Counted from the stretch's first letter, positions 34,015 through 44,019 are shown. The stretch is DNA of 64,000 bases from Patescibacteria group bacterium (GCA_026004595.1 BPJL01000002.1:65431-129430); one strand, 5' to 3'. The notes: generated from the sequence alone by a model not told the origin. Translations and numbers: made by a program.

Positions 34015-35583
34015 ATGTTCCGAGAATGTGTAGCAAAGTTTTCTAAGAATAAACTTTTAGCCATTTTTGCGTTTATTTTTCTTTTTGTTCTTACTAGATT
34101 TCCATACTTGGGAGCAGATGAAATAAATCCGGATGGTGTAAATTGGCATTACAGATCCCAGCAGTTTGTGGTTGGCTTGAAAAACGGAGATTTTGAAAAA
34201 ACTTATCAACACTACCATCCTGGCGTCACCTTAATGTGGATCAGCGGGATTCCAATAGAAATTTACAAGCAAGTGATGGGTGTGAATTCCTACAACCAAT
34301 ACAACTTTCTTATGTTTAATCTGGTGGCAAAGGTTTCGGTTATCTTGGCACAATTCGTTTTAACATTAATCATCTTATTATTGCTGTCAAAAATAGTAGG
34401 ATTCAGAATCGCGTATCTAACTGTGTCTCTTTTTTCCCTAGAACCCTTTTTTGTCGGCAACTCGCGGCTTTATCACATGGATGTGCTTTTTACGCTATTT
34501 TTGTTCATTTCACTTTTGTTTAGCTGGCTGGCTTTAAGAAGATTTACTTGGAAGAAGGGTTTTTTGGCCGGCATCTTTCTTTCTTTGTCTTTTTTGACTA
34601 AAAGCATAGGTATAGGGGGTCTAATTTTTGTTTTAGTTTTCTCCACTACCTACTATTTTCACAAAAAGGATGCAAAAACTCTTAGCAAATACACTATTTC
34701 GGTTCTTGGGTCGTTTGTTTTGGCAACATTCCTCTTTTTCCCGGCTTTGTGGGTTCGCCCGTTCTTTTACCTTTCCGAGATACTCAGCGAGTCAGAGAGA
34801 GTTGGGGTCAGAAAAGGGCACGCGCAAATTCTGCTGGGGGAATATACCGAAAACGCGGGTTTTCTTTTTTACCCGCTGGTTGTCATTATGAAGGTCACAC
34901 CTTTTATACTTGCAGGTGTTTTGATGTACTTATTAAAAACTTTTAAATTTTTACCGAGGTTGATAATGAATACTAAAAATAAGTACTCAAGCGTTTACCT
35001 TTATTTATTAATTTTTTATCTGGGATATTTTGCTGTGATGATGTTTCCTTCAAAAAAAATAGATAGGTACATGCTGCCGTTGTATCCTTTTCTGGCGCTG
35101 ACCGCAGTTTACGGCTTTGTCCATTTTTACAATTCTTTGCAGAAGGCGGCCTCGAAAAGAATTTTTGCGAGTTTTACTATTTTGGCCGTTAGTTTTTTCT
35201 ATGCGATACCTTTAATTTCTCTATTCCCCTATTACTTTACTTATACAAGCCCAGTTTTTGGCCCACCCGCAAACGCCAACTTAGTGATAGCCCAGAAACC
35301 TTTTGGAATAGCAGTGCCAGCGCTAAAAGACTATATTTTGGAAAAATATGGAGATGAGCCTAAGCTCGGATTTATTGATACTAAGCCCATGAAGGCCATC
35401 TACCCGAACTCTAAAGTAGCGGATATAAGAGTGAGCGGGACAAGCGACTATGATCTATTAATACTTGGTGTTAACGAAGAGATACCGGAAAAGGTCTTGA
35501 GAAGCGGTACAAAATTTAGAAAAAACTCTTCGTTATATGTAAACGGCTTGGAATACTGGAGGATATATGTCAAGGAAAACTAG
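34015..35583 (+). CDS. GT-C glycosyltransferase (COG1807 ArnT/PMT-like)
   Basis: N-terminal loop carries LGADEINPDG and YHPGVTLMW; polytopic. Confidence 0.65.
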   Translation: MFRECVAKFSKNKLLAIFAFIFLFVLTRFPYLGADEINPDGVNWHYRSQQFVVGLKNGDFEKTYQHYHPGVTLMWISGIPIEIYKQVMGVNSYNQYNFLMFNLVAKVSVILAQFVLTLIILLLLSKIVGFRIAYLTVSLFSLEPFFVGNSRLYHMDVLFTLFLFISLLFSWLALRRFTWKKGFLAGIFLSLSFLTKSIGIGGLIFVLVFSTTYYFHKKDAKTLSKYTISVLGSFVLATFLFFPALWVRPFFYLSEILSESERVGVRKGHAQILLGEYTENAGFLFYPLVVIMKVTPFILAGVLMYLLKTFKFLPRLIMNTKNKYSSVYLYLLIFYLGYFAVMMFPSKKIDRYMLPLYPFLALTAVYGFVHFYNSLQKAASKRIFASFTILAVSFFYAIPLISLFPYYFTYTSPVFGPPANANLVIAQKPFGIAVPALKDYILEKYGDEPKLGFIDTKPMKAIYPNSKVADIRVSGTSDYDLLILGVNEEIPEKVLRSGTKFRKNSSLYVNGLEYWRIYVKEN

Positions 35584-37069
35584 CCCGGTTTTGTACTTAA
35601 TAATTTTTTTGGCGCTTGTGTTGCGGTTGGCTGGGATTCAACACGGGTTTCCTTTCATTTTTCATCCAGATGAGCCTACCATCGTGCGTTCTGCTTTGGG
35701 GGTAAGGTTTGATGCAAATCCAAAACATTTTGATTGGCCGCACCTTTTTATTTACGCTAACTTTTTTGTGTATAAGGGGTTTGCAAAGGTGCGAGATTTG
35801 GCGGCTGATTACAATATGCAAAATCTTTTTATTAAAATGTTTCCCTTGATGTGGGATGATAGGTTGGTTTTTTACTACATAACAAGAGTTTTTGCCGCAC
35901 TGCTTGGTGGGTTGACTGTAGTACCGATTTATAAAACAGGTAAAACCCTTTTTGGAGAAAAAGTAGGTTTATTATCGGCCCTGGCATTTGCGCTTATTCC
36001 TTTTCACGTTTGGCATTCTCATTATTCTCTGCCTGACGCTCCCATGTTGTTTCTTATGGCTTGGGGTGTTTACTTTGCCGCGAGAATTCTTGTATTTGGG
36101 TATGCATTGGACTATGCGTTAAGTGGTTTTTTCATTGGTTTAGCGGCCTCTACAAAGTATAATGGAGGTCTAGGGGCCATTGTGGTGCCTTTGGCAGCAT
36201 TTTTGAGGTGGGCAACGGCCAAGATGAAGTTGACGGATTTTCGAGAAGATTTTCCCTATTTCCGGGCCTTTTTGAATCTATTGCTGTCCGCAATTTGCGC
36301 CGTAACTGGCTTCGTTTTAGGAACACCGTATTCAGTTTTGGATTTTAAGACTTTTACCCGAACAGATGGCCCCCAGGGGGCTTTATGGCAGTTCAAGAAT
36401 GTGGGGTCCATTCCATTTAGAGAGCACTTTGGCAAGTTTTTTACTGATATAAGTTTCAAAATATCTGATGATTTGGGATATACAATTTTGGTTGCTCTTT
36501 TCTTAACCTGTGGGTTAATCTTTGTGAGATTTTTAAAGAAAACATTTTCTAAGTATGATTTGTCACTTTTGTTTTTAATAGTTCCAGCATTTACGCTCAT
36601 TTATTACATTTCGGGTTTTGAAAAGAGTCGTTCGCAATACTATTTTATTACTTACCCTTTTGTGTCTATTGTGTTTGGATATTTTTGTGTCTGGGTTACA
36701 CATAAAATGAGATTTGCTAAAAAAATATTTTCTATCCCCCTTGTCCTGATTTTGTTTTGCCCTTTGCTTTATATGTCGGTTTTCAACTCAATCAGATTTT
36801 TGAGAAACGATACGAGAATTGATCTGTTTAAATTTTTGCAGACTGAAGTGCCGATCGGTACGAAAGTCGTTTACTTAAGTTCAGATGCTGAAGATGTAGT
36901 TAGATATGTTTTTACTGATGCTGTGAAAAGTGCAGACGTGCTACCCAAGGGGACAAGGTATTATCTGATAGAGCTGAATAAAGGGGTATCCTCGGGAAAG
37001 GCTATATTTGAGGTTTCAAATAAAGGCAGAATAGGGCCTTATATAACCGTTGAGGAAAGGATAAAGTGA
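35567..37069 (+). CDS. GT-C glycosyltransferase (ArnT/PMT_2-like)
   Basis: Has the FHPDEPTIVRSAL DE motif; polytopic. Confidence 0.7.
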   Translation: MSRKTSPVLYLIIFLALVLRLAGIQHGFPFIFHPDEPTIVRSALGVRFDANPKHFDWPHLFIYANFFVYKGFAKVRDLAADYNMQNLFIKMFPLMWDDRLVFYYITRVFAALLGGLTVVPIYKTGKTLFGEKVGLLSALAFALIPFHVWHSHYSLPDAPMLFLMAWGVYFAARILVFGYALDYALSGFFIGLAASTKYNGGLGAIVVPLAAFLRWATAKMKLTDFREDFPYFRAFLNLLLSAICAVTGFVLGTPYSVLDFKTFTRTDGPQGALWQFKNVGSIPFREHFGKFFTDISFKISDDLGYTILVALFLTCGLIFVRFLKKTFSKYDLSLLFLIVPAFTLIYYISGFEKSRSQYYFITYPFVSIVFGYFCVWVTHKMRFAKKIFSIPLVLILFCPLLYMSVFNSIRFLRNDTRIDLFKFLQTEVPIGTKVVYLSSDAEDVVRYVFTDAVKSADVLPKGTRYYLIELNKGVSSGKAIFEVSNKGRIGPYITVEERIK

Positions 37070-38652
37070 TGTTTGCTGCAATCAAAAAAGTAAAACTTGA
37101 GCTTCTATTTATTTTGTTTTTTGTGCTTACAAGAATTCCGGATCTGGGCAATGATATGTTCAACACTGATGTATGGAAGTGGAAAGCTAGAAGCTATGAT
37201 TTTGGCACGGGTGTATTTACGTGGAATTTAGAAAAAACAATCCAAAAATATCATCCTGGGGTTACTCTTATGTGGCTGGGGACCGCAGCGATAAAAGTCT
37301 ACAATCTGTATTCCGAATATTATCCGGCAAAAGACGTGACGGAAATGACTTTTCAGCTTCACTTTGTTCAAAAAATATTTGTTGTTATAGCAATAAGCAT
37401 TTCTTTGGCGTTTTCATTTTACGTTTTGAGAAAAATATTCGGGGCGAGAAAGGCAGTAATTGCAATGGTGTTGTTGTCTTTAGAACCCTTCAATATTGCT
37501 CTGACCCGCGTTTTCCATTTAGAAGGTTTAATGTCAGGTTTTATGCTTGCCTCCTATCTTTGGGTATTTTTTTACACATTAGACCACTCTAAAAAAGAAC
37601 GACTAGCTGTTAGTGCAGTATTTGCGGGTCTGGCTGTTCTCACTAAAACTTCTGCTCTATTCATGCTTCCGTATGTTGGATTGATATTGCTTGTAGAAAC
37701 CGTATCTGTAAAAAAGAGTCTCAAATGGTTTTTATCTAGAATGGGAACGTGGGTACTGCTTTTTGCGATGACATTTATTCTTTTTTGGCCCGCCATGTGG
37801 GTCTTTCCGGGCAAGGCACTGGCGGCCGTATATAGGGGAATTTCTGACATTGGGATAGAAAGGGAGCACATTCAGTTTTACTTCGGAAAATTAGTTGAAG
37901 ATCCCGGCCCATCCTACTATTTTGTTGTTATTGCTTTGCGGTCATCGGTTCTTTTGGTTGTCGGAATAATAGGGTTGGCGTTTTTTGGGAAAAAAGTATT
38001 TCCTATGGAAAGGAGAAGGTTTTTTATCTACTCGTTTCTTTTCGTCGTTTTTTATTTTGTTCAGCTCACGATTCCTGCAAAGAAACTTGATCGCTATATA
38101 CTTCCGGATATCCTAGTTTTATCTTTATTAACCTCATTTTTTTGGATTTGGGTATTTGAAAAGATAAAGGGAACTGGTCTTGTAAAATTTGCTCCGCTTG
38201 TTATTGCGGCTGTGATACCCAGCTTATACCTTCATCCCGATTATTTTTCCTACTATAACCCTATTTTTGGAGGCCTCAAAAAAGGAATTGAAGTTATCGA
38301 GCCTAAATGGATGATAGGAACAAGAGAGGTTGTGAGATATTTTGACGAGAGGGGGTTCAAGCGAACATTCGGTGATATTTCTTTTGAAGAGTTGGCATCT
38401 ACTTATCAAATAAACAATGCTCTTACAGTCGGTTTTCAGGAAAAATATTATACTCAAATATTCCCTTTCTTTCGTAGAATTGGCGGGTACGCGGTGATAG
38501 AGGACTTGACGCCTTTTGCCGTAAAAACAAGGTTTTTTGTATACCCGGTTTGGGATGATATTTCCTCGCATGAAACGAGATTTAGTTTGGAATATGTAGG
38601 CACTATAGATGTAAGGGGAGTAGAAGTATATCGTGTGTATGAAAGAAAATGA
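37066..38652 (+). CDS. GT-C glycosyltransferase, paralogue of the 34015 gene
   Basis: Shares YHPGVTLMW and the overall topology with the 34015-35583 product. Confidence 0.65.
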   Translation: MMFAAIKKVKLELLFILFFVLTRIPDLGNDMFNTDVWKWKARSYDFGTGVFTWNLEKTIQKYHPGVTLMWLGTAAIKVYNLYSEYYPAKDVTEMTFQLHFVQKIFVVIAISISLAFSFYVLRKIFGARKAVIAMVLLSLEPFNIALTRVFHLEGLMSGFMLASYLWVFFYTLDHSKKERLAVSAVFAGLAVLTKTSALFMLPYVGLILLVETVSVKKSLKWFLSRMGTWVLLFAMTFILFWPAMWVFPGKALAAVYRGISDIGIEREHIQFYFGKLVEDPGPSYYFVVIALRSSVLLVVGIIGLAFFGKKVFPMERRRFFIYSFLFVVFYFVQLTIPAKKLDRYILPDILVLSLLTSFFWIWVFEKIKGTGLVKFAPLVIAAVIPSLYLHPDYFSYYNPIFGGLKKGIEVIEPKWMIGTREVVRYFDERGFKRTFGDISFEELASTYQINNALTVGFQEKYYTQIFPFFRRIGGYAVIEDLTPFAVKTRFFVYPVWDDISSHETRFSLEYVGTIDVRGVEVYRVYERK

Positions 38653-39929
38653 TGATATACAGATTGGTGGAAAAACTAAAGACAAATAAATATCTCATGG
38701 GTACAGTTTACGTAGGCGCCGGAAGCGTGATAGCGGCGTTTTTTTCTTATCTCCTTCAATTTGTTTTTGGAAGAATATTATCGGTTGCTGATTTTGGCAC
38801 GTTTAACGCTCTCTTGTCTCTTTCATATTTGATAGGCGTGCCAGCCGGTGTGTTTGGAGTTTCATTAATAAAACATGTTTCCTTCCTTTCAGCGGAGCAG
38901 GATTCAAAGAAGCTCACAGCTCTGTATTGGAAGCTTATTTTATTATCGCTCTTATTTGGGTGTTTCGTGGCTTTCGCAATTTTTTTATTGAGGCACACAA
39001 TTTCTGATCAGCTAAAAATTTTTGATACCTCCTTGATATTAATGTTTGGCATTTTGATGGGAACTTCTTATGTTGGCGCAATTCAATCATCTTACCTTCA
39101 AGGGCTGTTAAGATACAAGGCGTTCGCATTTTACAGTGTAATGTCTAGTTTTTACCGTTTTTTTATGGCTGTCGCGGCTGTTTTGCTAGGGTTCAGGCTT
39201 GCGGGGGCATTCGGAGGCATGCTTTTGGCTGCAGCAGCGGGTTTTTTGACTGCCTACCTTTTGTTGAAAAGAAACCTTACTACCTTTGAAAACCTTAGTC
39301 TAATGCAGGATTACAAAAAAATTATACTCTTTAGCGTTCCCGTTATGTTTGTCCAGTTCGGACTAATGGTTCTAAACAATGTTGATGTGATTTTGGTTAA
39401 AAAATATTTTGATCCTGATATGGCTGGATATTATGCCGGCACAGTAACATTGGGAAAAATATTTTTGTTCGGGGCAGGAGCTGTGGCTACCGTAATGTTT
39501 CCGACAATCTCTTCATTGGCTGCAAGGGGGTTGAACTATGGCCGGGCTTTTTTTAAATTTTTATCCCTTCAACTATTTTTGGTTGCGTTAGGAATAATTG
39601 CATTTTCTATTTTTCCGTCTTTGATTACGCACCTTTTCTTTGGTGAAAGATTTATAAACTCTGTCGCATACCTCCCAAGATTTTCTTTTTTTATCGGGCT
39701 GTATGTAATAATTAACTTTCTGGTAGTGTTTTTCTTGGCTATAAACAGAACTTCTGTATTTTTGATGCTCATTCCGGGACCGATTTTTCAATTCATACTC
39801 ATAAACAATTCCCACAAGGACCTTTTTCAGATAATTAACGCAGATATTTATGCTGGTATAATCACCCTAGTGTTACTTGTTGTATTTTTTGTAACTTTAA
39901 ACAATGGCAAAAGAACGGAAGAAATCTAG
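38649..39929 (+). CDS. Wzx/MurJ-like oligosaccharide flippase (MOP superfamily)
   Basis: 426 aa, about 12 transmembrane segments. Confidence 0.65.
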   Translation: MMIYRLVEKLKTNKYLMGTVYVGAGSVIAAFFSYLLQFVFGRILSVADFGTFNALLSLSYLIGVPAGVFGVSLIKHVSFLSAEQDSKKLTALYWKLILLSLLFGCFVAFAIFLLRHTISDQLKIFDTSLILMFGILMGTSYVGAIQSSYLQGLLRYKAFAFYSVMSSFYRFFMAVAAVLLGFRLAGAFGGMLLAAAAGFLTAYLLLKRNLTTFENLSLMQDYKKIILFSVPVMFVQFGLMVLNNVDVILVKKYFDPDMAGYYAGTVTLGKIFLFGAGAVATVMFPTISSLAARGLNYGRAFFKFLSLQLFLVALGIIAFSIFPSLITHLFFGERFINSVAYLPRFSFFIGLYVIINFLVVFFLAINRTSVFLMLIPGPIFQFILINNSHKDLFQIINADIYAGIITLVLLVVFFVTLNNGKRTEEI

Positions 39930-40737
39930 CAAGCTTGTTTCTATTATCGTCCCTGCCTATAAACAAGAAAAAACCATTATGCAAGATCTAGAGAATATAG
40001 TGGACACCATGCTTCAAACGCGGTGGAGATTTGAAATTATTGTTGTTGTGGATGGGTTAATAGATAAGACGTATGATATTGCCAAATCCTTAGAAAGTAA
40101 GTTGCTCAAAGTTTACGGGTACGAAACAAATAAAGGCAAGGGGTACGCGATAAGATATGGTATGGCGAGAGCCGAGGGGGACTATATTTCTTTTATAGAC
40201 TCCGGAATGGACATAAACCCCAACGGGATATCAATGCTCTTGGAGCACATGGAATGGTACGGGGCGGATATAATTGTGGGGAGCAAGGAGCACCCGGTTT
40301 CTTTGGTGAAATACCCTTTTATAAGAAAAATTTACAGCTGGGGTTATCACACGTTGGTTTTTTTGCTGTTCGGCATAAAAGTAAAAGACACACAAACCGG
40401 TTTGAAAGTTTTTAAGAGAGAAGTGCTGGAAAAAGTTTTACCAAGGCTTTTGGTTAAAGCATTTGCTTTTGATGTTGAACTTTTGGCCGTTTCTTACTAT
40501 TTAGGGTATAAAAAAATATACGAGGCGCCTGTATCCGTTAATTTGGACTTTTCCAAATCTTCATTTTCTCCGTTTTTTATTTTTGATAAAAATATAAGGA
40601 AAATGATTCTCGACACATTTGCCATTTTTTATAGATTATTCATTCTTAGGTACTACGATGATAAAAGCAAAAGAAAATGGGTGTATGATAAAGAATTGGA
40701 AATGAGAGTGAACACCGGAGAAATTAATAATGATTAA
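39904..40737 (+). CDS. GT2 glycosyltransferase
   Basis: Starts VSIIVPAYKQEKTI, has VVVDGLIDKT and a DSG...D region. Confidence 0.8.
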   Translation: MAKERKKSSKLVSIIVPAYKQEKTIMQDLENIVDTMLQTRWRFEIIVVVDGLIDKTYDIAKSLESKLLKVYGYETNKGKGYAIRYGMARAEGDYISFIDSGMDINPNGISMLLEHMEWYGADIIVGSKEHPVSLVKYPFIRKIYSWGYHTLVFLLFGIKVKDTQTGLKVFKREVLEKVLPRLLVKAFAFDVELLAVSYYLGYKKIYEAPVSVNLDFSKSSFSPFFIFDKNIRKMILDTFAIFYRLFILRYYDDKSKRKWVYDKELEMRVNTGEINND

Positions 40738-41743
40738 ATTCAGCGTAATAATTCCCGTTAGAAAAATTAACGAGTTTTTGAAAGAGAATATTTCTTACCT
40801 TAAACAGTTAGCTTACGAAAACTTTGAAGCTATAATCATTACAGACGAAGAAGAAAAGTTTGATTTTGGGGATGATCGTTTCTTGTTAATTTCATCCGGT
40901 CCCATCGGTCCCGGAGAAAAAAGAAATTTAGGAGCTTCCAAAGCAACGGGAGAAGTTCTAGCGTTTTTGGATGATGACGCCTATCCGCGAAGTGACTGGT
41001 TAGATAAGGCGGCCGAGCTTTTTTCAGACCCCCAAGTTTACGCCGTCGGAGGCCCTGCAGTTACCCCTGTAAATGCCAAGTTTATGGAAAAAATGTCGGG
41101 GAGAGTCTTAGAGTCACCCTTGGCCAGCGCAGGGACCATTTACAGGCATATTCCGGGAAAAAGAGTGGAAATTGATGACTACCCCACGGTAAACCTGCTC
41201 GTAAGAAAGGTCGATTTTGATAGGGTAGGGGGCTTTTCCAAGGAATTCTGGCCGGGGGAGGATACCAAGTTTTGCCTCGATCTGGTTAAGTCTAAGGGCA
41301 GAAAGTTTATATACGACCCTTCTTTGGTTGTTTTTCACCATAGAAGAAGCCTTTTTATCCCCCACCTAAAGCAAATTTCCCGATATGGACGCCATCGGGG
41401 GCAGTTTGCCCGCCTTTTCCCTGAAACTTCCCGGCTCCCGGCCTATTTTGCTCCCTCTTCGTTTCTTTTAGGGTTGCTTGCGGGACCGGTTTTTTGTCTA
41501 TTTTGGCCTTTTTTGTGGCAGTTGTATTTGGGCGCCCTTCTTTTTTATTTAATTCTTTTGATTTGGGAAGGCCACAAAATTTATGAGAAGGATTGGAGCA
41601 TGTCCGGCGCTTTTTATGTAATGGCGGGGATATTTCTGACTCATATAGTTTATGGATCAAACTTCATTGTTGGAATTCTCAAAAAACCGAAGCTAAAATT
41701 AAGAGGAGTGGATAAATCCACAGGTAATTATCTAGGAGGCTAA
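40730..41743 (+). CDS. GT2 glycosyltransferase with C-terminal transmembrane region
   Basis: Starts FSVIIPVRKINEF and has LDDDAYP (DxD motif); membrane helices at the C-terminus. Confidence 0.8.
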   Translation: MIKFSVIIPVRKINEFLKENISYLKQLAYENFEAIIITDEEEKFDFGDDRFLLISSGPIGPGEKRNLGASKATGEVLAFLDDDAYPRSDWLDKAAELFSDPQVYAVGGPAVTPVNAKFMEKMSGRVLESPLASAGTIYRHIPGKRVEIDDYPTVNLLVRKVDFDRVGGFSKEFWPGEDTKFCLDLVKSKGRKFIYDPSLVVFHHRRSLFIPHLKQISRYGRHRGQFARLFPETSRLPAYFAPSSFLLGLLAGPVFCLFWPFLWQLYLGALLFYLILLIWEGHKIYEKDWSMSGAFYVMAGIFLTHIVYGSNFIVGILKKPKLKLRGVDKSTGNYLGG

Positions 41744-41745
41744 TT

Positions 41746-42003
41746 ATGGAGAAAATTTCTGTTTACAAAAATCCAAATTCAAAAGTAGTGATAAAAGTAA
41801 TAAACGACAAGTGCATAAGCGCCGCGACTTGCATAATTCATGCGCCCGAAACTTTTGACCTTAACGATGAAGGAATAGTTTACGCGAAAGAAGGTACTTG
41901 GAATGAAGCCGAAAAAATAATTAAAGCTGCGAAGTCGTGCCCCACTACAGCGATAATCATTGAAGACCTAGAAGGAAATGTTTTGTACCCCGAGAAAAAA
42001 TAG
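41746..42003 (+). CDS. Small single-cluster ferredoxin (Pyrococcus-type, [3Fe-4S]/[4Fe-4S])
   Basis: DKCISAATCIIHAPETFDLNDEG...AKSCPTTAIIIED matches the CxxxxxC...CP ferredoxin pattern. Confidence 0.75.
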   Translation: MEKISVYKNPNSKVVIKVINDKCISAATCIIHAPETFDLNDEGIVYAKEGTWNEAEKIIKAAKSCPTTAIIIEDLEGNVLYPEKK

Positions 42004-42056
42004 ATGCATATCAATATGTCCTTGAACATTAATACAGTTTTTAATATACTAAGCAG

Positions 42057-43658
42057 GTGAAAGTAGCCATAGGGTATCCCCCTTTAGAACAAACCAAAGG
42101 TGTTCCTCTTCTGTCTCAAAATAGGCAGTTTCAGTATTTTAACGCGCCCACCTACATTTACCCCATGGTTCCGGCTTATGCCGCGTCTTTGGCCAAGGAA
42201 AAAGGCTACGATGTGGTGTGGATGGATGGGATTGCCGAGAAAAAGACTTACGGCGAATGGCTCCACGATCTTGAAGCGGAAAAGCCGGATTTGCTTATGA
42301 TAGAGACCAAAGCTCCGGTTATTAAGTCTCATTGGAAAATAGTTAACGAGCTTAAAAAGAGGATGCCTGAAATGATTGTTGTGATGGTAGGAGACCACGT
42401 AACATGGAACCCCACAGAAACTTTAGATGAGTGTGGAGTTGATTATATTATTACGGGGGGAGACTATGATTTTTTGCTGTCCGATTTACTTGAGGCTTTG
42501 AAGTCAAAAAGTTATCTTCCGGGCGGAATTTACGGAAGAAAAGGTGACTCACGGGTGTCAGTAGATCCTAAATGGCTAAAGTGGCACAAATCTGAAAAAG
42601 GTGAGTATTGGCAGAGCGGGCCGTTGGAACTTCAGCATAATCTTGACGAACTTCCATTTGTCGACCGAGATCTTACAAAATGGTGGCTTTATGCCTACGA
42701 AAATGGAAACTACAAATACACCCCGGCGACTTATATGTACTCGGGGAGAGATTGCTGGTGGAATAGATGCACTTTTTGTGTTTGGGACCACACCTTAAAT
42801 CCACAAGGGTTTTACAGAAGATTTTCACCAGAGAGATTGTTTGCTGAAATAAAACATGTGGTAGATAAGTACAAAGTGAGAGAAATATTTGACGATGCGG
42901 GAACGCTGTTTGTCGGCCCACCTTTGAAAAAGTTTTGCGAGCTCATGATTGAGTCGGGTTATAACAAGAAAGTGGTATTGGGATGTAACATGAGGTTGAA
43001 CGCACTGACATCGGAGTATTACGAATTAATGGCTAAGGCCAATTTCAGGTTCATTTTGTATGGTATGGAGTCGGCAAATCAGGAAACTTTGGATAAGTTG
43101 GATAAAGGGTTAAGAGTAGAGGAAATAGAGGAAGGTGCCAGAATAGCAAAAAAGGCAGGTTTGGAACCGCACATAACAGTTATGCTCGGTTACCCTTGGG
43201 AAACAGAGGAGATGGCGTTGAACACTATAAATCTAGCTAAGGAGCTGTTCAAAAAGGGCTATGTTGATACTATGCAAGCTACTGTGGTTGTTCCTTATCC
43301 GGGAACTCCTCTCTACAAGGAGTGTGTAGAAAAAGGATGGCTTCAGGTTGACCCAAAAGATTATGAGGCTTTTGATATGAGAAGACCGGTAATGAAAGTA
43401 CCATTTTCAAACGAACGTTTGCATGAACTAACTCAGGCTTTATATTCTTCATTTTTCACGCCTCAATATATTTTTAGAAAGATTAAGTCCATAAGAAATT
43501 GGAACGATGTAAGGTTTCTATGGTATTCGGCATGGAAATTATTCGGGCATCTTTTAGATTTTGATAAAGAACAGACAAAAGTGAGCTGGTGGTCGCCTAG
43601 GTTTTGGATAAACGCTGGTAAAGTTATGTTCGGGCATGTTGTTCCGAAAAGAAATTAA
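42057..43658 (+). CDS. B12-binding-domain radical SAM enzyme (class B rSAM); GTG start
   Basis: N-terminal Rossmann-like B12-binding domain, then the Cys cluster YSGRDCWWNRCTFC (Cx4Cx2C), then a TIM-barrel rSAM core. Confidence 0.75.
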   Translation: MKVAIGYPPLEQTKGVPLLSQNRQFQYFNAPTYIYPMVPAYAASLAKEKGYDVVWMDGIAEKKTYGEWLHDLEAEKPDLLMIETKAPVIKSHWKIVNELKKRMPEMIVVMVGDHVTWNPTETLDECGVDYIITGGDYDFLLSDLLEALKSKSYLPGGIYGRKGDSRVSVDPKWLKWHKSEKGEYWQSGPLELQHNLDELPFVDRDLTKWWLYAYENGNYKYTPATYMYSGRDCWWNRCTFCVWDHTLNPQGFYRRFSPERLFAEIKHVVDKYKVREIFDDAGTLFVGPPLKKFCELMIESGYNKKVVLGCNMRLNALTSEYYELMAKANFRFILYGMESANQETLDKLDKGLRVEEIEEGARIAKKAGLEPHITVMLGYPWETEEMALNTINLAKELFKKGYVDTMQATVVVPYPGTPLYKECVEKGWLQVDPKDYEAFDMRRPVMKVPFSNERLHELTQALYSSFFTPQYIFRKIKSIRNWNDVRFLWYSAWKLFGHLLDFDKEQTKVSWWSPRFWINAGKVMFGHVVPKRN

Positions 43659-43662
43659 AAAG

Positions 43663-43700
43663 AAGCCGCGGGGTTTTGCTAAATGTAGCCGCGGCTTTTT
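43663..43700. terminator. Bidirectional hairpin terminator between convergent genes
   Basis: AAGCCGCG...CGCGGCTT 8-bp stem with an A-run on the 5' side and a T-run on the 3' side. Confidence 0.5.
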
Positions 43701-43707
43701 ATGAAAA

Positions 43708-44001
43708 TCAATTCAAGCTATCGATAAGGTGAGTCATAATGTGTATCGGGACAAAGTGTTTAGCGATCAGGTCTTCCCTATTAATTTCAATCGGGACAAA
43801 ACCTTTTGGAATTGTTCCAATGTCGACGAGAAATTTTGTCCCATATTTTCGTACACATACCACAGAGAATCGGCTTGAGCCAGCTTTAGTGCTCACACGA
43901 GAGTTTTTATTTATGTAGAGTCTTCCCTTGTGGGTTACCAGCGCTCCAGGTGATGCATATCCTGTATCTCCATCTTTCATATCCCGAAGCCAGTATTCCA
44001 T
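43708..44001 (-). CDS. Hypothetical small cytoplasmic protein (97 aa), family unknown
   Basis: Strong SD AAGGAGG 5 nt upstream of the ATG; MEYWLRDMKDGDTGY... Confidence 0.5.
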   Translation of the reverse strand: MEYWLRDMKDGDTGYASPGALVTHKGRLYINKNSRVSTKAGSSRFSVVCVRKYGTKFLVDIGTIPKGFVPIEINREDLIAKHFVPIHIMTHLIDSLN

Positions 44002-44019
44002 GTTTCCTCCTTGTTTAGT

